This document shows positions 49,857-59,379 of a DNA stretch of 64,000 nucleotides, one piece after another. Below the pieces are notes generated by a model, which was not told where the DNA came from, did no database searches, and saw only the letters and a list, made by a program, of their open reading frames with translations. Location of the stretch: positions 1,120,001 through 1,184,000 of the forward strand of contig CBDBMJ010000001.1 in assembly GCA_965207455.1 (NCBI GenBank), written 5' to 3'. Position 1 is the stretch's first letter. Each line of letters begins with the position of its first letter. The translations under genes were made by a program, and so were the position numbers. This DNA comes from Bdellovibrionota bacterium (GTDB lineage: Bacteria > Bdellovibrionota > UBA1018 > CAIPTA01 > JAALKR01).

Positions 49857-52800
49857 TCACAGTGCTTCTAATAATCTTTTTACTTTTCTTCCCACTCTCT
49901 TTACTGCCAACCCTTTTTGTTTTTTTCTTGCTGCTGATTTCTCTATTTTTTCTATTGCTAATTCCCCAGCCCTTTTTATTGCCTCTTTTTCATTAAGAAC
50001 ACAACCGCACTTAATTTTATCTTTTAAAGACTCTACTTTGGTTCCTGTTTCCAAAATAATAGCAATCATATCTGTTGGAGTGAAAGATGGATCGACAGAT
50101 TTCACTTTAGCAGCAACTCTAGTCACCTGAGGTGCTGCGAATGAGGTTCCAGACGCATGACCACTAGTATTTTCAGGTTTAAAAGAAAGTATATCTTCAC
50201 CAGGAGCTGCAATATCAACATGAGTTTTGCTAAAATTTGAAAAGTCTGAAAGATTATTATTTCCATCAACTGATGCTACACTAAGTATATTTGGAGAATC
50301 ATTGGCTGCTGGGTAAACTGGGGTCTCATCCAAATTATTACCACTGTTTCCTGCAGCAACAACAAAAAGCATATTAGGAAAAGCTCGTACCGCATAACTT
50401 AGATTTTCTATAATCTTATATAAGAATGGAATAGAACTCCCCATACTTATATTGATAATCCTTGAACCTCTTCCATAGGCCAACACAACCGCATCATAAG
50501 CTTCAGCAAATGAGATCCTTATGGGAAGTATTTCGATATAATCACTTCCTTTAGATACTACCCCAGCAACCTGAGTACCATGATAGAAAGGTTCATCAAA
50601 TATCCTGAAAAATTTTTGTAGTTTTTCGTTGAAATATTTTTTATTATTATAGTCATAGGGCTCAGCATCTCCGTCAGCATAGTCCCAGCCAATATCAATG
50701 TTTTTATATCTTCTATAAATATCAGCGAGTTCAGATTCATATTCAGCCCTACTCCATAACCTTTGAATGGGATTCAAGGATTCAAACGTATTGACTAGTT
50801 TTTGTGCTTCAGCTTCAAGTCTTACTTTCTCTATTTTGCGAGTCTCTTTATCTAATTTATTAACAGACATTTTATTAATTTTGTAAGCAATACCTCTATC
50901 ATTATAACTTATACCCATATCAAATATCGTGACCAATGTGCGATCAATTTTTTTAAGTTTTTCAAATAACTTAATAAGCAATTTAGGATGTGTACAATCA
51001 GCATAAATTTCTTCTAACGATAGCACCTCTTTGTTCACATATACAGTTCGAGTAATATTGCCATTTGAGTTAAACCATTTACGAGATTTTTGCCTTTCGC
51101 CATCGTACTCCCTAAGCTCACCTTTTATCAAATTACAACGAGAGTCAAACCAAGTTTTATTCAATATATTATGATCAAGAAGGAAGAATTGTCTTTCTGT
51201 ATGATTAACCTGCACATAAGATTTCCCTGAATTAAGATTCGCCATAATGTCAATGCTTGAAGGAGGAGGATATTTAGTCCACAGACGAAAATATCTACTA
51301 AGCCCGCTACCACCAGCAGTCAAAGTTACTTCTTTTCCTAATAATCTTTTTGCTTCTTTTCTAATTTTGTTTATATTTAAAGTAAATCCAGGGCCTAAAA
51401 CCTCGGGCTTCATTATATTTTTACATAAGATTTCTTTTCCTGCTTCATGATACTTATACCAAGGTCCAAAGATTTTTTTCAATGCGACAGTATCTCGTTG
51501 GGCCTCTTCCTTTAAATATTTTTGATAATCAGGTTCGTTATCAAGGTCTTTTGAAATAAGCCCGATAAAGGCCTCTGCCGGCTCAAAAGCAGAAAACCAA
51601 AGTGATTGTGCGTATCTTCTTGACTCATAAGACTCCACCTCAGCTATATCTTTACTATGAATACCTACACTAAGCACATCTTCAAAACTTCTAACAAATT
51701 TTGTTTTCTCCAATGCTATTTTAAGTTTTTTAAGACCCTCAAGAAATATATCATCCTCTACAGGAAAATCAGCTCTTTCAAAAAATCTACTCCGTTCATA
51801 ACCGTGTTTCTCTCTCAGTTCCTGCATAATTTCTGAAGTTAGTTTTCCTATGGCTTTTTTTAACATGATAGTTTTTTGTCTGCTCTTCGCAGCAGATTTT
51901 TTATCAGGTTTACCCTCTAGGTATTTTTGATAGGCAGGTTCATTATCAGGATCTGCTGAAATGAACTCGATAAAAGCTTCTGGTGGCTCTAATGTAGAAA
52001 AACCAAAGCTTTCATTCCCAAGCCAATAACGCACCGTGGGCATTTCCCCATTAAGAACATAGAGCTCAAGCACATTTTTAAAACTTCTAATAAACCTTGT
52101 TTTCTCTAGTGCTATTTTAAATTTCTTAAGAGTCTCAAAATACTTATGATCTCCTACATTAGGAGAACCTCCTTTTCTTAAAAAACCTGAGTATTTATAA
52201 CCATGCTTCTCTAGTATCTGATTGATCTCTAACGCCAGATCTGTTATAGCTTTTTTTAATGCAAGAACCTTTTGGCTAATGTTTGCAACAGCTCTTTCAC
52301 CGGGGTTATCCTCTAGATACTTTTGATAAACAGGTTCGTTATCAAGGTCTTCTGAAATAAGCTCGATAAAGATTTCTTCTCGCCCTAATACAGAAAATGA
52401 TAAATCGTCATACCTTACAGTATAATCTGCTTTAAGTATTTCTTCATTATAAAAATATAGTTGACCCACATATTTAAAATTTCTAATAAATTTTGTTTTC
52501 TCCAATGCTCTTTTAAATTTTTTAAGGCTTGTAAAAAGAATACTGTTTTTTACATCAGAAGAATTATCGCTACTTGAAAATCCATTCTGTCGGTAATCAT
52601 GTTTCTCTAGCATCTGTTCGATCTCTAGCTTTATATCTGCTATAGCTTTTTTCAATTTAATATCTTCTTGCCTAGCAATTGCGAGCTCTGGGTAATCCTT
52701 TAAGTACTTTTGATAGGCAGGTTCATTATCAGGATCTGCTGAAATGAGTTCAATAAAAGATTCTTCTTTCCCTAATGCAGGAAAAAAGAAATCTGATTCT

Positions 52801-53117
52801 TTGTAGCTCCTCGTATTATAAACTATTTTGTCGGTTAGTGGGAGATCTTCTTCCATATTATGAATGCTTAAAGAACGCACACCTTTAAAATTTCTAACAA
52901 GCTTTGTTTTCTCCAGTGCTCTTTTAAATTTTTTAAGACCTTCAATAAACATATCATTGCTTATGTTTTTATGATTTGAAAAATAATCCCATCCTTCATA
53001 ACCATGCTTTTCTTTCAATTCTTGCACAATTTCTGACTCTAATTCTCTTATAGTTTCATTAAAAGACAGGGCAAGCAGGAAGAATGTGGTTATTAAGATT
53101 GCAAAAGCACGAATCAT
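49857..53117 (-). CDS. Large secreted S8 subtilase with four N-terminal repeats
   Basis: Triad FDMG / HGTQVAG / GTSFAAP and AAGN; signal peptide; four ~130 aa repeats. Confidence 0.85.
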   Translation of the reverse strand: MIRAFAILITTFFLLALSFNETIRELESEIVQELKEKHGYEGWDYFSNHKNISNDMFIEGLKKFKRALEKTKLVRNFKGVRSLSIHNMEEDLPLTDKIVYNTRSYKESDFFFPALGKEESFIELISADPDNEPAYQKYLKDYPELAIARQEDIKLKKAIADIKLEIEQMLEKHDYRQNGFSSSDNSSDVKNSILFTSLKKFKRALEKTKFIRNFKYVGQLYFYNEEILKADYTVRYDDLSFSVLGREEIFIELISEDLDNEPVYQKYLEDNPGERAVANISQKVLALKKAITDLALEINQILEKHGYKYSGFLRKGGSPNVGDHKYFETLKKFKIALEKTRFIRSFKNVLELYVLNGEMPTVRYWLGNESFGFSTLEPPEAFIEFISADPDNEPAYQKYLEGKPDKKSAAKSRQKTIMLKKAIGKLTSEIMQELREKHGYERSRFFERADFPVEDDIFLEGLKKLKIALEKTKFVRSFEDVLSVGIHSKDIAEVESYESRRYAQSLWFSAFEPAEAFIGLISKDLDNEPDYQKYLKEEAQRDTVALKKIFGPWYKYHEAGKEILCKNIMKPEVLGPGFTLNINKIRKEAKRLLGKEVTLTAGGSGLSRYFRLWTKYPPPSSIDIMANLNSGKSYVQVNHTERQFFLLDHNILNKTWFDSRCNLIKGELREYDGERQKSRKWFNSNGNITRTVYVNKEVLSLEEIYADCTHPKLLIKLFEKLKKIDRTLVTIFDMGISYNDRGIAYKINKMSVNKLDKETRKIEKVRLEAEAQKLVNTFESLNPIQRLWSRAEYESELADIYRRYKNIDIGWDYADGDAEPYDYNNKKYFNEKLQKFFRIFDEPFYHGTQVAGVVSKGSDYIEILPIRISFAEAYDAVVLAYGRGSRIINISMGSSIPFLYKIIENLSYAVRAFPNMLFVVAAGNSGNNLDETPVYPAANDSPNILSVASVDGNNNLSDFSNFSKTHVDIAAPGEDILSFKPENTSGHASGTSFAAPQVTRVAAKVKSVDPSFTPTDMIAIILETGTKVESLKDKIKCGCVLNEKEAIKRAGELAIEKIEKSAARKKQKGLAVKRVGRKVKRLLEAL

Positions 53118-53851
53118 TTCTTTAAACCCTGATGAAGATTACTTGCATACTTTTTTGCTATATCTATTTGTTTAGACCAGATTCTAGTTCTGGATTTCTG
53201 AGCTTTTTCTATAAAAACATTAAATGTATTTAAGGCTTCTTTCTTTTTTCCTAGCTCCATTTCACATTGACCTTTTCTAAAATAAGCAATAATAGCCTCT
53301 TTCTTCAGTTTAAGAACTCTGGAGTATTGATAAATTGCTTTCTTGCAATTTTTTTTCTTGTAAACTTCCCCAAGAGCAAATATGGAGGATATATTTGAAT
53401 CATTAAATTGAATCGATTTTTCAAAGTGCTCTTTTGCTTTATCTAGTTTATTCTGATCGTAAAAAAGTGTTCCAAGGTTGTAGTAAATGGTGTCATCTTT
53501 TTTGTCGTATTCCAATGACTTCCTGTAAAATATTTCAGCAGCTTTGTACTTTTTCAAACGATGATAAGAATAAGCAATACCTCTGGTTGCTGTAATGGAG
53601 AGAGGAGAAATTTTAAAAGCATTTTTAAAATATTTTATGGATTCCAGATGTTTATTTTTCAAAGAAAACATTTGCCCTAGTTCAAGCTGGGAATGTAAGT
53701 TTTTAGGATTCTCTTTAATAAGCCTACTGTGCTCGTCAATAAGAATATCCAAATAGGAAGACTTGCTTTCAAACGTAGGCTTTTTCATTCCCTTATTCTG
53801 AGCAAAGGAAAGTGCTGGAAATAATATAAATAAAAATAATATGAATTTCAT
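53114..53851 (-). CDS. Secreted TPR protein
   Basis: Signal peptide ending SFA; TPR patterns (YYNLG, AYFRKG); ATGA-coupled to the S8 gene. Confidence 0.85.
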   Translation of the reverse strand: MKFILFLFILFPALSFAQNKGMKKPTFESKSSYLDILIDEHSRLIKENPKNLHSQLELGQMFSLKNKHLESIKYFKNAFKISPLSITATRGIAYSYHRLKKYKAAEIFYRKSLEYDKKDDTIYYNLGTLFYDQNKLDKAKEHFEKSIQFNDSNISSIFALGEVYKKKNCKKAIYQYSRVLKLKKEAIIAYFRKGQCEMELGKKKEALNTFNVFIEKAQKSRTRIWSKQIDIAKKYASNLHQGLKK

Positions 53852-54032
53852 CGACCCTCCTTAGCCATCTAGTCAACCCTTTGGAATAAAAAACAAGTGC
53901 CAGATGCAACTCATCAGGCAAGATTTCCAGTGCGACCGTCCCCTTCAATTTTCACATAAACCTTGTTCTATTTCCAGCTACCTTATTTATTGCAACGCAT
54001 TATTTCAGTGCCATCCATAAAACAACGATGAA

Positions 54033-54213
54033 ACCAAATTCCAGCGCTTTTAAGAAATCATCATCTATAGGATAGCGAAAACCATAAAGCCTTTCCTTTA
54101 AGTCCATGTCGGACTCAAAGCGCTGCCTCTGTTCCTGAACATCGGTGAGCTCGCTAAAAGCATTGGCTAACTCCAAGCCATTGATATATATTTCAAATTC
54201 CTCTGCCACCGTA
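54033..54213 (-). pseudogene. Diverged internal fragment of epmA
   Basis: 181 bp collinear with 60576-60756, with several substitutions. Confidence 0.88.
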
Positions 54214-54299
54214 AGAATTGAGTAAAAAGGTCTAGATTTCTTAGATACTTCAATAAAAACAGTTATCTGAAGTTTTTGACATGGTAGACAAAATAATTC

Positions 54300-54328
54300 T
54301 TGACTCTCAGCCCGTCCTGGCGCATTAT
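54300..54328 (+). promoter_or_regulatory. Sigma70-like promoter, repeated at 56361-56389 and 59813-59841
   Basis: TTGACT-17 nt-CATTAT upstream of each paralogous secreted-protein gene. Confidence 0.55.
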
Positions 54329-54414
54329 GCACTTACTGACTTGCTGCATGGTGCGACTCAGCCCGTCCTGGCGGTCATTGGAAATATTAACAACATATGA
54401 AAGGAAATTTTAAA

Positions 54415-54936
54415 ATGAAAAAACAAAACATAATAATAACAACACTAGCAATGGCACTTGGACTTGCCATAGCGTTACCAGGATATTCTGTGTCTGAACC
54501 TAACGAACCAATGGTCATGGAACCAGAATCTGAACCTAGCCCACCAATGTTCTACTCGGAACCATTTAGCCCTATAGATATGATAGGTGGTAAAGAAGCC
54601 GAAAGTTGGCTAAATGAAAAATTTATGAATGCTGGGATTAGCGAAGATCAAGCAAAGACAGTTATAAATACTTACACTCCAGAAGCAACAGAACTTACCT
54701 TATCAACATTAGATTGGATTCTTGTAGAGTTGGAGTTGGAGTTACTCGAGCCAGAATGGACTCCAGAACAAAGGAAGAATTTTCTTCAACTAAGAATATT
54801 CTTAAATTTCACGAAGGTAGACATCCTTAAGCAAAAAATGGGAATGCTCGCTACGAAAGTATTTCCTGTTAAAAGTGTTCAAGATGAAGCTAAACCAGGC
54901 GATAACGTCAGACGAATGCTTGGGGCTGACCGGTAA
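54415..54936 (+). CDS. Secreted hypothetical protein, paralog A
   Basis: SD GAAAGGA, signal peptide, EP-rich linker. Confidence 0.8.
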   Translation: MKKQNIIITTLAMALGLAIALPGYSVSEPNEPMVMEPESEPSPPMFYSEPFSPIDMIGGKEAESWLNEKFMNAGISEDQAKTVINTYTPEATELTLSTLDWILVELELELLEPEWTPEQRKNFLQLRIFLNFTKVDILKQKMGMLATKVFPVKSVQDEAKPGDNVRRMLGADR

Positions 54937-54961
54937 GTATTTATTTACTCTGAAATACAGG

Positions 54962-54994
54962 AAAGCCTTCTTTAGAAAGAAGAGGGCTTTTTTT
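54962..54994 (+). terminator. Intrinsic terminator (homologs at ~57001-57032 and ~60417-60449)
   Basis: AAAGCCTTCTTT..GAAGAGGGCTTTTTTT. Confidence 0.75.
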
Positions 54995-55101
54995 GTGCCT
55001 ATAAAATATTTTAAGAAAATGACGTTTCTCAAATGTTCGTTTCCAGTGGTAATTGAAAAAAGACTGAGGCGACAATAACAACATAGAAAGGAAAGTTTAA
55101 A

Positions 55102-56182
55102 ATGAAAAAAACATTATGCATACTAATTGCTCTAGTCTTGGTTAGTCCACAATACGCATACGCAGATAGCCCTGCCGCAGTAATTGCAGAAAAAGCGAAA
55201 AGGGATGTAAAAGATGAAGCTGCAGCTAGAGAAGCTGAGAAGGCAGCCAAATTAGAGGAAAGAATTAATAGAGCAGTTGAAAGAGTTAAGGAGAGAGCTG
55301 AAATTATTGAGACCGCTGAAATGGATCGGAAAGCACATAAAGCAGCTCAAGAGCCAGTTCTTGACAAACAAAACGCAGAAGCAATTATGTTTTGGAAAAA
55401 TAACAATCATGTTGGTGAAATGGTAATGGTAACGACCGCTACAGTCGCTGGAGCCATCTTGATCCTCAGCCACTCATCAGCAAACGTCATGCGCTCATTG
55501 ATTGGGTTTACTGGAATCGGTTTATTCTTTAGCGGCCTTTACTATGGCGGTATTCTCGTTTTAAAATATAGCCAAGCTAAAGCTTCTGAATATCCACCAC
55601 GTGCCTCCACTTATACTGATGGACCCTCGAAAGAAGTTTTATCCAAACTTGATACGCTAAAAGAACTTAAACACCAAATTGAAGCTTGTAAAATTGTAAG
55701 CGAAGAATGCCATGAGATCCAAGAAACATGCCGTGCTGGTAACCTAAGAGAGGCAGTTTTCAGAGTTAGTTTTAAAATATAGCCAAGCTAAAGCTTCTGA
55801 ATATCCACCACGTGCCTCCACTTATACTGATGGACCCTCGAAAGAAGTTTTATCCAAACTTGATACGCTAAAAGAACTTAAACACCAAATTGAAGCTTGT
55901 AAAATTGTAAGCGAAGAATGCCATGAGATCCAAGAAACATGCCGTGCTGGTAACCTAAGAGAGGCAGTTTTCAGAGTTAGGGACTATAAACGTAATGGCT
56001 GCCTTTCTTATTTTTATGTACTTACCAAGCCATACCAGGTGGATTATATTATAGACAATGATTTAGTTCACAAAGACTTTATCAGTAAAGTGGTTGATTT
56101 CAAAAACCAACATATAGATGAAGTTGGAAAAAATATTAGTACAGTATATGTTCCAGAGAAAGGTACCTATACTCCCCACTAG
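55102..56182 (+). pseudogene. Secreted/membrane protein gene interrupted by a 211 bp tandem duplication
   Basis: Removing one copy restores an 870 bp ORF ending at TAG 56180-56182; currently stops at 55782. Confidence 0.8.
55559..55980. repeat. Perfect 211 bp tandem duplication
   Basis: 55559-55769 = 55770-55980. Confidence 0.95.
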
Positions 56183-56461
56183 AGCCTTATGCTCAATAGT
56201 AACCTTCAGCACAAGGGCTAGAGCACTCCTCTATCCTTGGGAACTGTAGCATACATAATACCTATGGGTCGAATAGCTCTTGAGTAAAAAAATCCAGCTT
56301 TATCAAATACTTTAATAAAAACAGTAATTTAAGTTTTTGACATGGTAGACAAAATAATTCTTGACTCTCAGCCCGTCCTGGCGCATTATGCACTTACTGA
56401 CTTGCTGCATGGTGCGACTGGTCATTGGAAATATTAACAACATATGAAAGGAAATTTTAAA

Positions 56462-56902
56462 ATGAAAAAACAAAACGTAATAATAACAACACTAGCAATG
56501 GCACTTGGACTTGCCATAGCGTTACCAGGATATTCTGTGTCTGAACCTAACGAACCAATGGTCATGGAAGCAGAATCTGAACCTAGCCCACCAATGTTCT
56601 ACTCGGAACCATTTAGCCCTATAGATATGATAGGTGGTAAAGAAGTCGAGAACTGGCTAAATGAAAGATATGCCAGTGTTGGGCTTACTGGAGAGAAGGT
56701 AGATAAAACTTTTCGTACTGACACTTTAGATGAAATAGATTTTGTCTTGGCAGGATTAGATTGGCTTATTGGAGAAGTGAACATGGAATTATTCAATGAA
56801 AAATTGACTCCAGAGCAAAAGAAAAATTTTCATCAACTAAGAACATTCATCAATTCTCGTAGAGTAGAGGTTCTTAAGAAAAAAGTGGAAATACTTCTTT
56901 AA
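56462..56902 (+). CDS. Secreted hypothetical protein, paralog B
   Basis: N-terminus nearly identical to paralog A, divergent C-terminus. Confidence 0.8.
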   Translation: MKKQNVIITTLAMALGLAIALPGYSVSEPNEPMVMEAESEPSPPMFYSEPFSPIDMIGGKEVENWLNERYASVGLTGEKVDKTFRTDTLDEIDFVLAGLDWLIGEVNMELFNEKLTPEQKKNFHQLRTFINSRRVEVLKKKVEILL

Positions 56903-57048
56903 TGATCTTACAGAATAATCGGGTTACGGCTGGTACAGTCGCTAACGTCAGATGAGTGTTTGGCGTCAACCGATAAGTATTTATTTACTCTGAATACAGG
57001 AAAGCCTTCTTTAGAAATGAAGAGGGCTTTTTTCCATCTTTTTTCTAA

Positions 57049-57503
57049 CTACAAAGCGGACCACAGGGAAGCCCACTGTACATCCTTAATATGCTCTGCC
57101 CTCGTCAAGAGCATCAATAGACGGTCGAAACCCAAAGCAATGCCGCTACACTTGGGTAGACCAAATTCCAGCGCTTTTAAAAAATCCTCATCTATGGGAT
57201 AGCGAAAACCATAAAGCTTCTCCTTTAAGTCCATATCGGACTCAAAGCGCTCTCTCTGTTCCTGAACATCGGTGAGCTCGCTAAAGGCATTGGCTAACTC
57301 CAAGCCATTGATATATATTTCAAATCGCTCTGCCACCGTAGCATCCGTTTCTTTTTTTCGAGATAGGGCTGCCATGGAAGCAGGGTATTCATACAGAATC
57401 GTTGGAGCACCTATTCCAAGCTTGGGCTCAATTCTGTCTAAAAAAATACGAAAGAAAATATCTTCCCATCGATCATCCTCCTTAAACGATATACCAATTT
57501 TTT
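57049..57503 (-). pseudogene. Duplicated 3' part of epmA, truncated at the IS end
   Basis: Matches 60465-60919. Confidence 0.9.
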
Positions 57504-59379
57504 CCTGAGTTCGACGCGTCAAAGCTGAAGAGCAGCTCTGGGAGCGATGATTTAGTGCGGCGTGAGGCACTACGTTTACTCTATTTCATAGGGAACAAGC
57601 GAACGCTTCATGCCCATTACTTGGTATAATTTCTTTGCTGCTGGAGATGCTTTTGATGGAACCACATATCTTTTTTTCGTTTCTGTGTCTACAAGAACTG
57701 ATGCTTGGACTCTCAGGAGTTCATCTCTTATTTGGTTGAAGCTTATTCTCTCCCCCTGTTGCACTTCATAGCGATAGCTCAATTGCCTAGCTAAGGCATA
57801 GGTTAAAAAACATATATCAAGGTGAGCCTCAATCCTATACGGCATCCTGTGATAGATTGGGCGGACTTTTAAGTCGTGCTTATTTATTCTAAATGATTCT
57901 TCAATTTCCCAAAGGGACCGATACCTTTTAATAACACTTACTGCTGATTGCTTGGAGTTGGTAATATAGCCTGTTATTCCATCCCATTGCTCGGAAGATT
58001 TAATTTTTTTATCATCGATCACTGCACTTCTTTTGGATTCAAATGTTAAAAATTTATTAGTCCCATTGTTTTTAACCAATTTTTTAACCTCGATCTGGCC
58101 ATCCTTATCAGCTATTTTTTTTACTCTATCCACAAGTCTTTCTCGTGCCTTGCGATCGTTTGATGCCCTGAAGGGGCAGTAGCTTATAACAAGCCTCCGT
58201 CCCTTATAATCCAGATCTGTCGTCTTAAAGCTATTATTTTCATTATTTTTATTAATTTGGAGAATATTCTCCTTCATTGTTTTTGACATATTTTTGAGCT
58301 TTGCCCCCACAACATACCGCAGGTTTTCTCTTTCGAGTTCGCTCAAATTTTGATCAGAGAACATCCCTCTGTCTGCAGCAAAGTCAATATCATTAAGCGT
58401 GTATTTCTCTTTTAATCTTTTAATAGACGGAATCAATGTTTTCATTTCCATCGTGTTACCTGGAAAAACCTCATACGAAATAGGCAGCCCCTTGGGTGTT
58501 GTGATAAGTGCTAGCACTACCTGAGTTTCCTTAAACTTACAATCCTTACTAAATCCAAAATTCCTTAAATCATCAGGAGTAAAGCTCTCAAAGTAGAGAG
58601 TAGTTACATCAAATAGAAGAATATCAACTTTTTGATGTAATAAATCTAACGTGGACTCCCTGACTAAATCTCGGAGCCTCTGCCCTGCAGATTTACTTAG
58701 TTGAGTCATCATTCTGTAAATCTTTTCTACTGGTAATTTTACGCCAAAATCCTCCTCTAAGAGTTCAGATGTCCTCAGCTTGCTGGATGGATTTGCCAAT
58801 CTCGCTAAAACACAGCTTTTTAAAATAGCATTATTTGTTTCGGCAAATCTTCCTGTAAAAACAAAATCAAACTTTAATTGTTTATATAAAGCGCCAAATA
58901 CTTCTGGAACTCCTTCATTAAATCGCTGCTCTTCCCTGAGCTTTTTTAAATCTACTTTTATCGACTTATCTGTTTCTTTATAGGAATGTCGCTCTACCAA
59001 TTGCTCTGGCGTGAATATGGGTAGACTGGGCTGTTTTTCTTCCTCCATACGACATTTAATGGTTGCAGCAAGATGTAAGAGGTCTTTTAACTCTTCATCA
59101 TTATGTGCAGTACCAACATGCCTTACAATGGATTGAGATACTTTATTGCCTTTTCTATTAGCTTCGACAATTTGAACTGATGTTCGCCCATTTTTGTGGG
59201 GCGATTCTTTTTTTCTTATAAACATAACCCAAGGGTAACAAATTTTCAGATTATGTCAACAAAAAAAAATTATGAGGCACTACAATTCGACTTTTCAGAA
59301 AAAAAATTAAATTTGAAATAATTTCAGCTACTTAAAAAAATTAGCAGGGTGAAATTCTCTATGATGCGTCGAACTCGGG
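57504..59379 (-). mobile_element. IS1634-family insertion sequence (1876 bp)
   Basis: Terminal IRs CCTGAGTTCGACGCGTCA / TGATGCGTCGAACTCGGG (16/18 match); single DDE transposase. Confidence 0.92.
57576..59225 (-). CDS. IS1634-family DDE transposase
   Basis: FDVTTLYFES, GFSKD, ADRGM, LWEIEESFRINKHDL..RPIYH. Confidence 0.92.
   Translation of the reverse strand: MFIRKKESPHKNGRTSVQIVEANRKGNKVSQSIVRHVGTAHNDEELKDLLHLAATIKCRMEEEKQPSLPIFTPEQLVERHSYKETDKSIKVDLKKLREEQRFNEGVPEVFGALYKQLKFDFVFTGRFAETNNAILKSCVLARLANPSSKLRTSELLEEDFGVKLPVEKIYRMMTQLSKSAGQRLRDLVRESTLDLLHQKVDILLFDVTTLYFESFTPDDLRNFGFSKDCKFKETQVVLALITTPKGLPISYEVFPGNTMEMKTLIPSIKRLKEKYTLNDIDFAADRGMFSDQNLSELERENLRYVVGAKLKNMSKTMKENILQINKNNENNSFKTTDLDYKGRRLVISYCPFRASNDRKARERLVDRVKKIADKDGQIEVKKLVKNNGTNKFLTFESKRSAVIDDKKIKSSEQWDGITGYITNSKQSAVSVIKRYRSLWEIEESFRINKHDLKVRPIYHRMPYRIEAHLDICFLTYALARQLSYRYEVQQGERISFNQIRDELLRVQASVLVDTETKKRYVVPSKASPAAKKLYQVMGMKRSLVPYEIE

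Larger units (their letters stand above)
55928..57503. repeat. Left long direct repeat flanking the IS (1576 bp)
   Basis: Matches 59380-60919 apart from a 36 bp indel and a small substitution; abuts the IS end. Confidence 0.95.

Noticed and set aside
53885..53905. Sigma-54 promoter for the TPR/S8 operon
   Set aside because: TGGCAC is present on the minus strand but the -12 TTGC is absent
54000..54332. 110 aa minus-strand ORF
   Set aside because: Chimera of antisense promoter DNA and the epmA fragment
56361..56429. ZTP (pfl) riboswitch-like words GCGACTGG and CCGTCCTGG
   Set aside because: The elements are in the wrong order and overlap a predicted promoter, and the downstream gene is unrelated to purine or folate metabolism
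56903..56995. Foldable 3' UTR as a novel ncRNA
   Set aside because: Better explained as a decayed coding tail homologous to the end of paralog A (ANVR*VFGVNR vs DNVRRMLGADR)
57049..57570. 173 aa ORF as a real gene
   Set aside because: Chance in-frame fusion of the IS end with the duplicated epmA 3' part; lacks the N-terminal catalytic motifs
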